DNA of 64,000 nt, from the NCBI GenBank assembly GCA_963760795.1, contig CAVXEP010000019.1:160001-224000 (forward strand), written 5' to 3'. Shown here piece by piece: positions 29,993 through 41,029 of the stretch. A program made the translations under genes and the position numbers. The notes below the pieces were generated by a model that saw only the letters and a program-made list of their open reading frames with translations, did not search any database and had not been told where the DNA came from. How positions within the stretch are numbered: the stretch's first letter is position 1; every line of letters starts with the position of its first letter. Origin of the DNA: an uncultured delta proteobacterium (GTDB lineage Bacteria; Desulfobacterota; Binatia; UBA9968).

Positions 29993-31048
29993 CTAGCGGT
30001 CTGGCAAGCGTTCTCCGCCGGCGATCCGGTTGAGCAGGATGACTACCTCGGGGTCGCGGGGAACTTCTTGGATGACTTTTTGCAGCTCCTCGGGCATCAG
30101 CGGCGTGGGTTCTTCGCCGACGAGCTTGCGAAACGATACGGCGAAACCCGGATCGTTAAGCGCTTTGCGCATCGCTGCCTGTAAAACTTCCGCTCGATCG
30201 CGCGGCGTGTTCGGCGGTAAAACGATCGCCAAGCCGCTCAGGCGAATGGCGCGCTGCAGCGCCAACACTTTTCTCTCTTTATCCGACTTAGCGAAGGTTT
30301 CAATTTCCGGCAGATGCGCAAACCTGGGGTGACGGTTGCCCTTGGGGGTTTCGAGGACGGCGTGAAAGTCGACGAGCGCTTTATCCACCCATTCCGGGGT
30401 GCGCTGCATGATGGAAGAGACCAAATTTGACCGTGCATCGACTTCGCCGCGCTGTATCGCTAAATCGATCTCCGGGCCGGAATAACCGACCACGAACTTG
30501 GGATCTTTGAGGCCCAAGAGGAACGCGAACAGCCGGCCGGTGATGTAGATCGTGTGGCCGATGGATTGAGCGCCGATTCTAATGCCGGCGGCGCTGCGGA
30601 GTTTTTCGAGACTGCTGCCGCCGACTTCCCTGCGCGTGAAAAAAATATGCTGCGTCATGGTATCGGTGGAGCCGAGATAGATGAACTTGTTGAGATCGTA
30701 GAGCACTCCGGTCTCGCCCTGGATCGCTGCCGCCACCAGGGTGTTTCCCATGCTGCCAATGATCAAACCGTCCGGTTTTGCCATGCGGAAAACATGGTTG
30801 GCGGCCTTCCGTCCACCCCCGCCGGGCATGTATTCGGTTACGATTGTCGGATTTCCTGGAATATACTTTTGCAGAAAGGGCAGGAGCGATTTTATCCGCA
30901 CGTCGCTGGTGCCGCCGGCGTCGCTGCTGACGATGACAGCGATTGTCTTACCTTGATAAAAGGGTGCCTGAGCGTAAATGGCATCATTGAACACCGCTGT
31001 AAACGGCAACAGGAGCGCCAAGCGGCGCAAGAATGTTGGCCGCTTCAT
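29993..31048 (-). CDS. Tripartite tricarboxylate transporter substrate-binding protein (TctC/Bug)
   Basis: FYQGKTI...AGGTSD...IPGNPTIV..MPGGGG...AKPDGL. Confidence 0.88.
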   Translation of the reverse strand: MKRPTFLRRLALLLPFTAVFNDAIYAQAPFYQGKTIAVIVSSDAGGTSDVRIKSLLPFLQKYIPGNPTIVTEYMPGGGGRKAANHVFRMAKPDGLIIGSMGNTLVAAAIQGETGVLYDLNKFIYLGSTDTMTQHIFFTRREVGGSSLEKLRSAAGIRIGAQSIGHTIYITGRLFAFLLGLKDPKFVVGYSGPEIDLAIQRGEVDARSNLVSSIMQRTPEWVDKALVDFHAVLETPKGNRHPRFAHLPEIETFAKSDKERKVLALQRAIRLSGLAIVLPPNTPRDRAEVLQAAMRKALNDPGFAVSFRKLVGEEPTPLMPEELQKVIQEVPRDPEVVILLNRIAGGERLPDR

Positions 31049-31135
31049 CCTCGACCCTCCCGGTGAATGACGCAGACCAGCATCGCGGACTCTACCCGCT
31101 TATCGTGGGCGAAAGCGCGTGTAGCAAGGCCATTG

Positions 31136-32361
31136 TCAGCCCCATAGTTCTTGGCTCGCCAACTTGGCTCCTTCGGACAACGCATAGAGTTTAGCGAAAG
31201 CGAGACTGGCATCGGGGAGATGGCGCAAGCCACAATCGGTGCAGGCGATGACATTTTCTTTGCCGACAAGTTTGGCGAAACGCACGATGCGCTCGGCGAC
31301 CAGTTCGGGATGTTCGATGAAATAAGCTGATGTCGTCGATCACGCCAGGGAAGAGAATTTTGCCTTCCGGCAATTTAGTTTCTTGCCAAATCTTCCACTC
31401 ATGGCCATGGCGCGGGTTGGCCGATTCGATGGTGATACCGGTGACGTTGGCTTTAAGCACGATATCGATGACGTCGCGGAGCGCGATGTCGCGATGGTGC
31501 GGTCCTTCGTAGTTGCCCCAGCAAACATGGATGCGCACTTGTTCGCGCGGAATCGTTCTTAAGCGCATAGTTGAGGCACTCGACATGGCGTTCGATGACT
31601 TTACGAAATTGCTTGACGCTCAGGCTGGCGTAGTCCGTGTTGGCGCCGGAAGCCAAGTCCGGGCAGTCGAGTTGCAAGATGAAACCGGCGTCGACGATGG
31701 CCTGGTACTCTAGGCGCATGGTATCGGCGACCGCTTGCATGTAGCTTTCTTCGTTGGGGTAGAATTCATTGCGGAAAAAGCGCACGAAACAGCCGGGCGA
31801 AAGGGCCGACATAAAGACGTCGTGGGGTTGGGGCGTCGTTATCGCCGCGGCCAGCCGGGCGATGTCGGTTTCCACCGCGGCAAAATCACTCCAGCCGATG
31901 GGACCGGTACAGACATAAGCCAGGCCGCCGTTGTCATGGCCGTCGCTCTGGGCGCGCGCCAGGTCATGAAACTCGGCGATGTCGGTGCGGTAGTGGCGCG
32001 GCGCGCCTTCAATGTCGCGCCTGACTAGCCCAGTATTGCGCGGCCGGACGATACCTTGGGCAACGCTCCAAGGTTCAGCGCTCTGGGCGCGCGAGCGCGG
32101 TTTTCTTTCCAGGCCGCTGACCCGGTGCACGACATAATCATTCCAAGCGGTCTTGCTGAGCTCGCCGTCGTCGACGATGTCGATGCCGACTTCGATTTGG
32201 CGCCGGACCACGTCGCCGATGGCGGTTGTCAGTGTGGCGTCGATGACGGCCTGATCGTAGGTTTCGCCGCGGCGCTTGGCGGCGAGGGCTTGACGCACCG
32301 GCGCCGGCAGCGGCAGGCTGCCGGTATGGGTGGTGAGAATACGGTCGCTACTGCGCTTCAT
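31136..32361 (-). CDS. Cobalamin-independent methionine synthase II-like (single-barrel MetE) enzyme; two apparent frameshifts (~31557, ~31324)
   Basis: ILTTHTGSLP, DDGE, LQLDCP, IHVCWGN (HxC), EHPELVAERI, TDCG spread across three frames. Confidence 0.85.
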
Positions 32362-33605
32362 TATGCTGGCTCTTGCACGAACGCCGCCGGCTCTTTGCCT
32401 TCTTCACGGATCGCCATGACGAGTAGATTGGCGACAAACACCGTGCCGGCGAGAAAATAAAAGGCACTCAAGATGCCCCAGCGGTCGGCGATGATTCCGC
32501 ACAGCCACGGCGAGACCGAGCTCAGCAAAGACTGCGCGCCGGAGAAGAAGCTCACCGTGCTGCCGCCGACTTCTTTGGGACTGAGGTCGAGAACCCAGGC
32601 CCAGATCACCGGCCGCACGGCGTAGAGGAAGAAGCCGAGCATCGCCAGGCCACTGATAAACAACCAATTCAAGCGAAAGTAGGCGAGCACCACGAGCGCG
32701 ATGCTGGTGGAAAATAGGCCGGCGGAGAGCACGCGCTTTCGGCCGCTGCGATCGGAGATGCTGCCGGCGATGGGCGTGCCGACCAGGCCGGCGGTCTGAA
32801 TGACCGATAGATAGAGGCCGGCTACTGCGCTCGAAAATCCCAGATCGTTGGTCAGGTAGATTGGGATGAACGTGTGCAGTCCTTGCTGGGTCATCGAGCG
32901 CATGCCGGCGACCAGTACGAGCATGAGAATGCTCGGATTCTGCGCGAGCTTTTTCATTCCTGAGAAATATTCTTTGGCCGACAAGCCTTTTTTCGCCTGG
33001 GTGCGGCTTTCGAGCTTGCCAAAGAGAAACTTCCACAGCACGAAGGCGATGACTATGCCGGGAATCAAATTGATGAACAGCACGTTGCGCCAGGATAGGT
33101 AGAGCAGCAAGATGCCGACGAACAGCGGCGCCAGGCTTTCGCCGACGTTGGGCCCCATGGCGTGGATCGCGATGGCGAAGCCGCGCTTGTCGGGATAGCG
33201 CTCCGACAGCGTCGAGATCGCCGCCGGATGCCACAGGTAGTTGCCAACCCCGACAAACGCCATGAACAGGGCGATCCAAAAATAGTTCTGGCTGACGCCG
33301 ACGAGAAAGTACGGCACGCCGGTGGCGACCAGCGCCAACGCCATCAGCAGCGCCTTCTTGCCGATCAAGTCGACGAGCATGCCAGCCGGTATATTGATCA
33401 ACAGATTGGCCGCGGCACGGATCGTGACCAGAAAGCCGGCTTGGCTGTAGGTGAGCCCCATTTCCTTAACCAAAAACGGCAGCAGCAGATAGAAAGTGGC
33501 CGGGCACCAGTGGGTAAAGGTGTGGCCCAAGGCGATCATCCAGAGAATCGAGTCGGTTTGGCGCAGCTCGCGAACCTGAGCCGAAAGTTTTTGTTTCAGG
33601 GACAT
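32361..33605 (-). CDS. MFS transporter (Fsr-like)
   Basis: About 12 TM; WHPAAIS; SDRSGRKR. Confidence 0.85.
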   Translation of the reverse strand: MSLKQKLSAQVRELRQTDSILWMIALGHTFTHWCPATFYLLLPFLVKEMGLTYSQAGFLVTIRAAANLLINIPAGMLVDLIGKKALLMALALVATGVPYFLVGVSQNYFWIALFMAFVGVGNYLWHPAAISTLSERYPDKRGFAIAIHAMGPNVGESLAPLFVGILLLYLSWRNVLFINLIPGIVIAFVLWKFLFGKLESRTQAKKGLSAKEYFSGMKKLAQNPSILMLVLVAGMRSMTQQGLHTFIPIYLTNDLGFSSAVAGLYLSVIQTAGLVGTPIAGSISDRSGRKRVLSAGLFSTSIALVVLAYFRLNWLFISGLAMLGFFLYAVRPVIWAWVLDLSPKEVGGSTVSFFSGAQSLLSSVSPWLCGIIADRWGILSAFYFLAGTVFVANLLVMAIREEGKEPAAFVQEPA

Positions 33606-33892
33606 GGAGGTTTCCTGGTGTTCAAGACTATCGATTTTGTACTTATTCCGGCAGCGGGATTTTTACAAGCAAAGGGAGTCTTGGCGTTTCCGTCGGGTTA
33701 AGGTGCAGCTACTTATCTTTCGCGTGCGCTCAGGGCATGCTCACGGCGCAACTAAATTTCGCGACATGGGTGAAAACCCTGGCATCCGGCTTTCGCCGGC
33801 ATGACGAGAATCGGCGTCGACATCGAATCGACAAACTGGCCGATGGCATTGTCCCGCTGGGAAAGTTATAAAGCTGTCAAGGCAATCGAACA

Positions 33893-34541
33893 TTGACTGG
33901 TCTCGCAAAAACAAGACCGCGTTGCTCGCAATGTGATTCCTCGTTGACCCTGTGCATGTGCGCGGTGTTGCCGCGGTTGGAGTTGCGCACGAAGGTTACG
34001 CTGGTGATCCATCGGCATGAACGGCTGCGCAGTAGTAATACCGGCATGCTGGCGCGCCGAGCGCTGGTCAATAGCGCATTGCGCATACGCGGCGAAAGGC
34101 GCGAGATGCTCGATCTTAGCGATCTATTATCGCCGCGGTATCGATCTTTGCTGTTTTATCCGAGCTCGGATGCCGTCGAACTCACCGCGGAACTGGTTGC
34201 GCGAAGATCCCCGGCCGATTCAGTTGATTGTCCCGGACGGCACCTGGCGTCAGGCACGCAAGATTCACTCGCGCCATCACGAACTCAAAGCCATTCCGCG
34301 GGTAAAGATCAGCACGCCCAACGATTCGACCTATCAGTTGCGCGCCCAGAGCCGGCGGGAGGGGATGGCGACTTTGTTGGCGATCGCCTTTGCTCTTGGA
34401 ATCATTGAAGGTGAAGTTGTAGCGGCGCAGTTGATGCAGCTCTATCAGGCGCGGGTGGCACGGACGCTGAAGGCGCGCGGACTGCTGCCGAAGCATTCAG
34501 AGTGGGAGTTGCCCGCACTAGTGAATTCGAAAACCCTGTAG
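33893..34541 (+). CDS. DTW-domain tRNA-uridine aminocarboxypropyltransferase (TapT/YfiP-like); apparent frameshift ~34202
   Basis: CSQC...CMC, HRHE..RSSNTG, LLFYPS; second frame VPDGTWRQARK, YQLR. Confidence 0.8.
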
Positions 34542-34557
34542 AAATCTCTCAACGAGT

Positions 34558-35641
34558 TTAGTCGCGGATATCCTGCAAAAACCAATCGGTGGGGATCTCT
34601 TGGCCGAGGCCGCGTTTTTTCGCTTCGCGGACGACCCAGCCGGCGGTGGAAGCGAACTGCAATCCTTGGGTGCCGCTGTTGGCGAAGAACGTCACTTGAT
34701 TCTTGTCGGTGCGGCCTTTGAGCTTGCCGGACATGATATCGGTGAGCAGCGGATAGTCTCTGGAAAAGATGTCGACCTTCGGATTGACGATGCGCTTGAT
34801 CTCTTCGGCGTTGCCGGCGACCACCGCGGCTTCGCCGCCGATGCGCAGTTGGCCGACATCGAGATTCAATGTCGGGCGGCCCATGCGAATCACTACGTCG
34901 GACTGCTTGACGATCTCGGGGCTCCACTCGTTGGCTTTGACGCAGGTGAGATGCATGCCGGATTCAATCAGATCGGGATCGCTGACCAAGACTTGGATCG
35001 AATCGGTGCAGGTGGCGACGATGTCCGAGCCGCGCAGGACTTCTTCCGGCTTGTCTACGGGATTGATTTCTACGCCTAATTTTGTGCCCATCTCTTCGGC
35101 GAAGGTTTCGCGATTCTTCTTGGTCGGGCTGTAGACTTTTACTTTGGCGATCTTGCGCACCTCGTTGAAGGCCATGAGATAGGTGCGTGCCATGCCGCCG
35201 GAACCGAAAATGCCCACGGTTTTGGAATCTTCGCGGGAGAGATACTTTACGCCGAGACCGGCGCAGGCGCCGACGCGCATATGTTGGATGATGCCGTCGT
35301 TGATGATCGCCAGCGGCTCGCCGTTCTTGGTCGAGAAAACCATGACGAAACCGCAGATACGTGCCGGGCTGGACGCAGTACTTTTCCACGGTCTTGCCGT
35401 CCGGCCACTCGAGCATGTCGGACTTCATTCTGATGGCAAAGGTCTCGAAGGAACGCGACGCGCCTTCCATGGTGCCCCATCGATACATCAGCTTGGGATC
35501 GTCATTGGGCACGAAGAAGTCGTAGCGGCCGCGGTAGTTGGCCCGTTCGTTGACCAGGTCGCGGTAGCCGGTATCGAGGGCTTCGATGCAGCCCTTCATG
35601 TCGAGAATTTGTTCGACGACTTGGTTATTGATCAGCAGCAT
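34558..35641 (-). CDS. Ornithine cyclodeaminase / mu-crystallin family; apparent frameshift ~35357
   Basis: GEPLAII, MRVGA, VGIFGSGGMA, KGRTDKNQVTFF. Confidence 0.85.
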
Positions 35642-35871
35642 GGAGCCTCCCGTTTCAGCGCACGGACGATTCTATTTCGTAGAAGCGCGGTGAATGCAAG
35701 GGAGGATATTGCCATACTTGCTTACGCCGCGAAGGGGGACGAATTTCTTCGCTTTGCTCGGAATGACAACTGGGCTAGATGACTTCTGAAGAAGGACGGC
35801 TTTGCTGGATGGTATGTAACATAAAGCGCCGGTGGCGGCGCTTTGCATGAACAATTCTGTGGGAACCAAGA

Positions 35872-36318
35872 TTAACTGTCGAGCTCGGGCTTGGGCAGCG
35901 GCATGCAGGGCACGCCTTCTTCGGCGAGCTCTTTGACTTCGCTGATGGTGGCGGTGCCGTGAATCGGTCGCTCGGCCGCTTCGCCTTTGTGAATCTGCTT
36001 GGCTTCCTCGGCGAAGCGCGGGCCGACGTCTTCGAAGTTTTCTTTGACGTAGTGATGGACGCGCAGGAGCATTTCCTTAAATTCAGCGGCGGTCGGCGGC
36101 GCAGCCGGTGCCGGTACGGTCTTTTTTGCCGGCGGCGCGGGCGGCTGCTCTTTTTTTACATGAACCGCGCAGGCGTGGGGCACTTTTTCGACTTTGGTGG
36201 TGCCGCAGGTGGGACAAGAAATCAGCTTCTTGTCAGCCTGCTTTTGGAAGTCTTCGAAGCTCGGAAACCAGCCTTCGAAGTTATGTTTCTTCTTACAGAG
36301 GAGATTGTAAATTACCAT
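35872..36318 (-). CDS. DUF1178-family protein
   Basis: MVIYNLLC..HNFEGWF...CPTCG...EDVGPRFAEEA...RPIHG; start ATG 36318. Confidence 0.8.
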   Translation of the reverse strand: MVIYNLLCKKKHNFEGWFPSFEDFQKQADKKLISCPTCGTTKVEKVPHACAVHVKKEQPPAPPAKKTVPAPAAPPTAAEFKEMLLRVHHYVKENFEDVGPRFAEEAKQIHKGEAAERPIHGTATISEVKELAEEGVPCMPLPKPELDS

Positions 36319-36475
36319 AGGAAATCTACCGCTGAGACAATCAATAAGGTCGCCAGGACGGCTTGTCAAGGGTGGGTGCCGGACGGAAGGGGAATCAACG
36401 CGCCAAAAGCGGCTTCGATTCCAATCTTTGGCGTAAAAGTATAAAAGAGCCAAAGTATCAGCTAGGATTAGAACC

Positions 36476-37636
36476 ATGGCCGAGCAAATTAGCCTGCGAG
36501 TGGTGCAGAGAATTGCCGATGTGCCGCGCGAGCGTTGGGATGCGCTGGTCGGCGCGGCAACGCCGTTTCTCAAGTGGGATTGGTTGGAAAGCCTCGAACA
36601 GTCGGGCTGTGTCAACGATAGGAGCGGCTGGTTGCCGCATCATATTGTCGTGGAAAAGGGCGGTGCGTTGATTGCGGCCTGCGCGATGTATTTGAAGCTG
36701 CACAGCATGGGTGAGTTCGTTTTCGACTACGAATGGGCCGAGGCGGCGCAGCATGCGGGCATTCGATATTATCCCAAGATGCTGGTCGGCGTGCCGTTCA
36801 CGCCGGTGACCGGCCACCGTTTCATCACCGCGCCCGGCGAAGACCGCGCGCATCTGATTCAGTTCATGGGCCAGGCGCTGGCCAAGATCGCCGCCGACAA
36901 CAAGATCTCGTCGGTGCATGTTAATTTTTGCCTGGCCGACGAACGCGAGGCGCTCGAAGCGGTGGGTTTCTTGCCACGCCACGGCATTCAGTATCATTGG
37001 CAGAATCGCAGCTTCAATTCCTTCGATGACTATCTTGGCAGCTTTCGCAGCGACCGGCGTAACAAAGTTAAGCGCGAGCGGCGCGAGGTGGCCGAACGCG
37101 GCATCACGATCCGCGCCTATGAGGGCGCCGAGCTCACGCAAAAACAGCTGCGCACGATGTTTCGCCTATACAAGGGCCATGTCGACCGGCTGTATTACGG
37201 CCGGCAGTATTTGACCCAGGAATTTTTTGACGAACTGCACAAACGCTTTGCCGCCCATCTCTGCTTGATGCTCGCCGAGCGCGACGGCAAGATCATCGCC
37301 GGCACCTTCAACGTGCGCGATGACCAGGCGATGTATGGCCGCTACTGGGGCTGCGCCGAGGAACATCCGTTTCTCCACTTCAATGTCTGTTACTACTCGG
37401 CCATCGAACATTCGATTCGCACCGGTCTCGAACGCTTCGAGGCCGGCGCCGGCGGCAGTTTTAAGCAATTGCGCGGTCTCGAGCCGGAACACACCACGAG
37501 CGTTCACTACATCGTCGACGGACAGTTTCGCCGCGCCGTCGAACGTTTCCTCGCCCAGGAGCGCGAGATGATCCGGCGCAAGCGCGAGATGCAGCTCGAG
37601 CATAGCCAGTTGAAGCACGAGCAGGAAGAACCTTAG
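36476..37636 (+). CDS. FemAB-like GNAT protein (DUF482)
   Basis: YLKLHSMGEFVFD, YYPK, PFTPVTG, YGRYWG, LHFNVCYY. Confidence 0.88.
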   Translation: MAEQISLRVVQRIADVPRERWDALVGAATPFLKWDWLESLEQSGCVNDRSGWLPHHIVVEKGGALIAACAMYLKLHSMGEFVFDYEWAEAAQHAGIRYYPKMLVGVPFTPVTGHRFITAPGEDRAHLIQFMGQALAKIAADNKISSVHVNFCLADEREALEAVGFLPRHGIQYHWQNRSFNSFDDYLGSFRSDRRNKVKRERREVAERGITIRAYEGAELTQKQLRTMFRLYKGHVDRLYYGRQYLTQEFFDELHKRFAAHLCLMLAERDGKIIAGTFNVRDDQAMYGRYWGCAEEHPFLHFNVCYYSAIEHSIRTGLERFEAGAGGSFKQLRGLEPEHTTSVHYIVDGQFRRAVERFLAQEREMIRRKREMQLEHSQLKHEQEEP

Positions 37637-37667
37637 GTCAGTGATCGCGTTACCGCGGTCGCGGTGC

Positions 37668-37698
37668 GTTCAAGGTTCAAAAGTTCAAAGGTTCAAGG
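37668..37698. repeat. Short tandem repeat, 4 x GTTCAA(N1-2)
   Basis: GTTCAAG GTTCAAAA GTTCAAAG GTTCAAGG between convergent genes. Confidence 0.7.
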
Positions 37699-37736
37699 CC
37701 GGAGTCGGAATGGACTGCCAAGAGTTTGCTTGCGTC

Positions 37737-39050
37737 CTAAAGCAGGGTGCCGCGCAGGACCACGGCCGCGACGGTAAAATAGATCACCAGACCGGTGACA
37801 TCCACCAGGGTGGCGACAAACGGCGCGGATGCGCTTGCCGGGTCGAAGCCCAGAGAACGCAGGATGAAGGGCAGGATCGAGCCCATCAACGAGCCCCACA
37901 TCACCACGCCGACCAAACTTAAGCCGACGGTCAGGGCGATGAGAAAGTAGTGCTCGCCGTAGGCGTCAAAGAAGACCTGCCAGAGCAGAATGCGAACCAG
38001 GCCGATGGCCGCGAGAATGCCGCCGAGCGCCAGCCCCGTGGCAAACTCACGGCGGATGACGCGCCACCAGTCACGCAGGCGCACTTCACCCAACGCCATA
38101 GCGCGGATTACCAGCGTGGTCGCTTGGGAGCCGGAGTTGCCGCCGCTGCTGATGATCAACGGCACGAACAGCGCGAGGATCACCGCTCTGGCGATCTCCG
38201 CTTCGAAATATCCCATGGCCGTCGCGGTCAACATCTCGCCCAAAAACAGCGCGGCAAGCCAACCGGCCCGCTTGCGGATCATTTTGGCTAACGAGACCTG
38301 TAAGTATGGCCCGTCCAACGACTCGGCGCCGCCGATCTTTTGAATGTCTTCCGTGGCTTCTTCTTGGACAACGTCGACGATATCATTGACGCTGACGATG
38401 CCTTTGATGCGCCCGGCGCCATCGACCACGGGAATCATCAACAAATGGTGCCGCATGAACAGCTTGCTCAACGCCTCTTGATCCATGTCCTCGCGCGCGG
38501 AAATGATCTCGGTGCGCATTACCTCGTGAATCAATTTATCGGCCGGAGCGACGATCAAATCGCGAAAGGTGATGACGCCGAGCAAGCGCTCTTCAGGGTC
38601 GACGACATAGGCGTAATAGGTCGTTCGCGCGCGTGTTTGGGCATCGCGGCGCAGATAGCTGATCGCCTCGCCGACTGTCATATCCGAACGGAGCCGGGAG
38701 TAGCGCGTGTTCATCAGGCCGCCGGCGTCGTCCTCGGCGTAATCGAGCAGCCCTTTGACTTCTCGTTGCGTCCCATCATCCAGCAACGCGAGCAATTCGG
38801 CTCGCGCTTCGGCGGCGGCTTCTTGTATGAGATCGGCGGCGTCGTCCGGGGCGAGCAGGCGCATCCAAAGCCGGCGTTCGCCCGCTGGCAGACCGAGCAC
38901 CAAGTTGGCGCGCTCGCGCACGTTCAATTGCAGAAAAAAAGATTCGGCGTCGTCCCGTTGCAGGCACTCGAAGCCTTCGACTCGCTCGGTGCCGGAGAGT
39001 GATGGCCAGGCGTCCCATAACTCGGTGAGTGTAAAATGATTCTGTGCCAT
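37737..39050 (-). CDS. mgtE: Magnesium transporter MgtE (paralog 1)
   Basis: AGGLM, CBS pair, EEATEDI, GGNSGSQ, DPASASAPFVATLVD. Confidence 0.93.
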   Translation of the reverse strand: MAQNHFTLTELWDAWPSLSGTERVEGFECLQRDDAESFFLQLNVRERANLVLGLPAGERRLWMRLLAPDDAADLIQEAAAEARAELLALLDDGTQREVKGLLDYAEDDAGGLMNTRYSRLRSDMTVGEAISYLRRDAQTRARTTYYAYVVDPEERLLGVITFRDLIVAPADKLIHEVMRTEIISAREDMDQEALSKLFMRHHLLMIPVVDGAGRIKGIVSVNDIVDVVQEEATEDIQKIGGAESLDGPYLQVSLAKMIRKRAGWLAALFLGEMLTATAMGYFEAEIARAVILALFVPLIISSGGNSGSQATTLVIRAMALGEVRLRDWWRVIRREFATGLALGGILAAIGLVRILLWQVFFDAYGEHYFLIALTVGLSLVGVVMWGSLMGSILPFILRSLGFDPASASAPFVATLVDVTGLVIYFTVAAVVLRGTLL

Positions 39051-39227
39051 CGCGTGCCATCCTCCGCAACCACGGTACTCATTTCTAGCATATCGCCCTG
39101 CTCGTGCAATTTGGCGCGACCCTGGGGATTGCCGTTGAGTTTGTCCTTGTGTCTGAATGATCATTACCTCAGGCTAAATTCTTGACTCCACTGAAGCTTT
39201 CCATTAACGTCGGCGCGGAGTGCAGCT

Positions 39228-40004
39228 GTGAAATCTTCCTGGAAAAATGTCGCCGAGCCGGTGGTCTTCTTCATCGTCTTACTGTTATTGTGGGAACTCC
39301 TCGTCGAAGTCATCAAGGTTCCCTCGTTCATTTTGCCGCCGCCGCGGGATCTGTGGACGGCATTTTTCAAAAAACTGCCGATCTTAGGCCACCATTCACT
39401 GGTCACTTTCATTGAAGCCTTCGGCGGTTTCGCATTGTCACTCGTTCTCGGCGTTGGTTTCGCCATCTCCGTGGTCTACTCACGCCACTTGCAAAACACC
39501 ATCTATCCATTGATCGTGATTCTCTACGCCATGCCGAAAAGCGCGTTTGCGCCGTTGATGGTGATCTGGGTCGGTTATGGCATTTTTTCGAAGATTTCCA
39601 TCGCTTTTTTGGTGGCGTTTTTTCCCATCGTCGTCAACACGGTGGTCGGATTGAAAGAGGTCGAACCCGAGCTGTTGGAGTTAGCGCGCATCAACCGCGG
39701 CTCGGCTTGGGATGTCTTTAAAAAAATCCGCCTGCCCAACTCGCTGCCCTATATGTTCGCCGGTATCAAGGTCGCCATCGTGCTGTCGGTCACCGGCGCA
39801 ATCGTCGCCGAGTTTGTCGCCGCCAACGAAGGCTTGGGATATTTGGTCCTGCAAGCCAACTATAGTTTGGATACGGCGTTCGCACTGGTGATCTTGCTGA
39901 TTCTCGCGGTCTTGTCTCTCGGCTTATTTTGGCTGGCGGAGTTCTGCCAGAGAAAACTGGCGCCCTGGAGCGCGGCGGTGCGCGAAGTCGAAGGTTCGTT
40001 TTGA
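39228..40004 (+). CDS. ABC transporter permease (NitT/TauT family)
   Basis: ILPPP, FFPIVVNT, AIVAEF..NEGLG. Confidence 0.9.
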   Translation: MKSSWKNVAEPVVFFIVLLLLWELLVEVIKVPSFILPPPRDLWTAFFKKLPILGHHSLVTFIEAFGGFALSLVLGVGFAISVVYSRHLQNTIYPLIVILYAMPKSAFAPLMVIWVGYGIFSKISIAFLVAFFPIVVNTVVGLKEVEPELLELARINRGSAWDVFKKIRLPNSLPYMFAGIKVAIVLSVTGAIVAEFVAANEGLGYLVLQANYSLDTAFALVILLILAVLSLGLFWLAEFCQRKLAPWSAAVREVEGSF

Positions 40005-40023
40005 TTTTCTAATTGCGGAGGGA

Positions 40024-41022
40024 ATGGTGAAGTTTCTAATCTCTACATTGATAGCGTTGGCCCTAGCGATTCTCGATTCTGGCACTTCGCTGGAAGCAGC
40101 GGAACTGACGCCGGCGAACGTGCGCATGGACTTCATCATCGGCGGCAAGCATGCGCCCTGGTATGTCGCTTTGGAAAAGGGTTTCTACGCCAAGCGCGGT
40201 TTGGCGGCGACGATCCAGGCGAGCACGGGCTCAGCGGATACCTTGCGCACCATCGGTTCCGGCGGCGCCGACTTCGGTTTCGCCGATGCCGCGACCATGA
40301 TCGTCGCCAAATCCCGCGGCACACCGGTGCAAGCGGCGGCGCAGTTCGGTTATGTCGGCGCGACGATTTTGTGGCGCGACGAGGGTGTGATCAAAAGCAT
40401 CAAGGATTTACCCGGTAAATCGTTGGCGATCAGCCCAGGGCAGGCGCAGTGGTTCCTGATGCCGGCTTACGCGCGCATCAACAAGATCGATTTCAAGGCG
40501 ATCAAGATTCAGGAAACCGCGGCGCCGATCCAGCCCGCGGCTTTGGCGACCAAGAAGGCCGACTTTATTATTATGTTCCGGGCTTCCAACGATGAAGTCG
40601 CCGAGATGGCGGCGGCGAAGGTCGGCGTCAAGCTCAGCCGGGTGTTTATGAAAGACACCGGTTTGGATATTTACGGAACCAGTCTGATCGTCAAGGATGA
40701 GGATGTCAAAAAACGACCGGAGTTCGTGCGCGCCTATGTCGAAGGAACTTTGGAAGGGTTGCGTTATGCGCGCGACAATCAGGAAGAGGCGCTAAAGATT
40801 CTGCTCAAGCATAAACCCGAACTCGATTCGGTCCTGACCACGCAGCAGCTCAAGAACGCACTGACCGAAGTGTTCCTGCCGTTGGAGTCGGTCAACGTCG
40901 GCATGGGTTACATGAAGCCCGAGATCATGGAAAAAACTGTCAGGGTGGTCAACGAGTACTTCGATGTCGGCCGCAAGGTGAGCGCCAAAGAAGTCTACAC
41001 CAACCAGTTTATCAAGCGTTAA
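40024..41022 (+). CDS. ABC substrate-binding protein (NMT1/THI5-like)
   Basis: HAPWYVALEKGFY, ADFGFAD. Confidence 0.88.
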   Translation: MVKFLISTLIALALAILDSGTSLEAAELTPANVRMDFIIGGKHAPWYVALEKGFYAKRGLAATIQASTGSADTLRTIGSGGADFGFADAATMIVAKSRGTPVQAAAQFGYVGATILWRDEGVIKSIKDLPGKSLAISPGQAQWFLMPAYARINKIDFKAIKIQETAAPIQPAALATKKADFIIMFRASNDEVAEMAAAKVGVKLSRVFMKDTGLDIYGTSLIVKDEDVKKRPEFVRAYVEGTLEGLRYARDNQEEALKILLKHKPELDSVLTTQQLKNALTEVFLPLESVNVGMGYMKPEIMEKTVRVVNEYFDVGRKVSAKEVYTNQFIKR

Positions 41023-41029
41023 CCTGCCC

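Noticed and set aside
39051-39227. M-box or other riboswitch upstream of mgtE (also 45971-46116)
   Set aside because: Short divergent intergenic regions with no recognisable aptamer or terminator.
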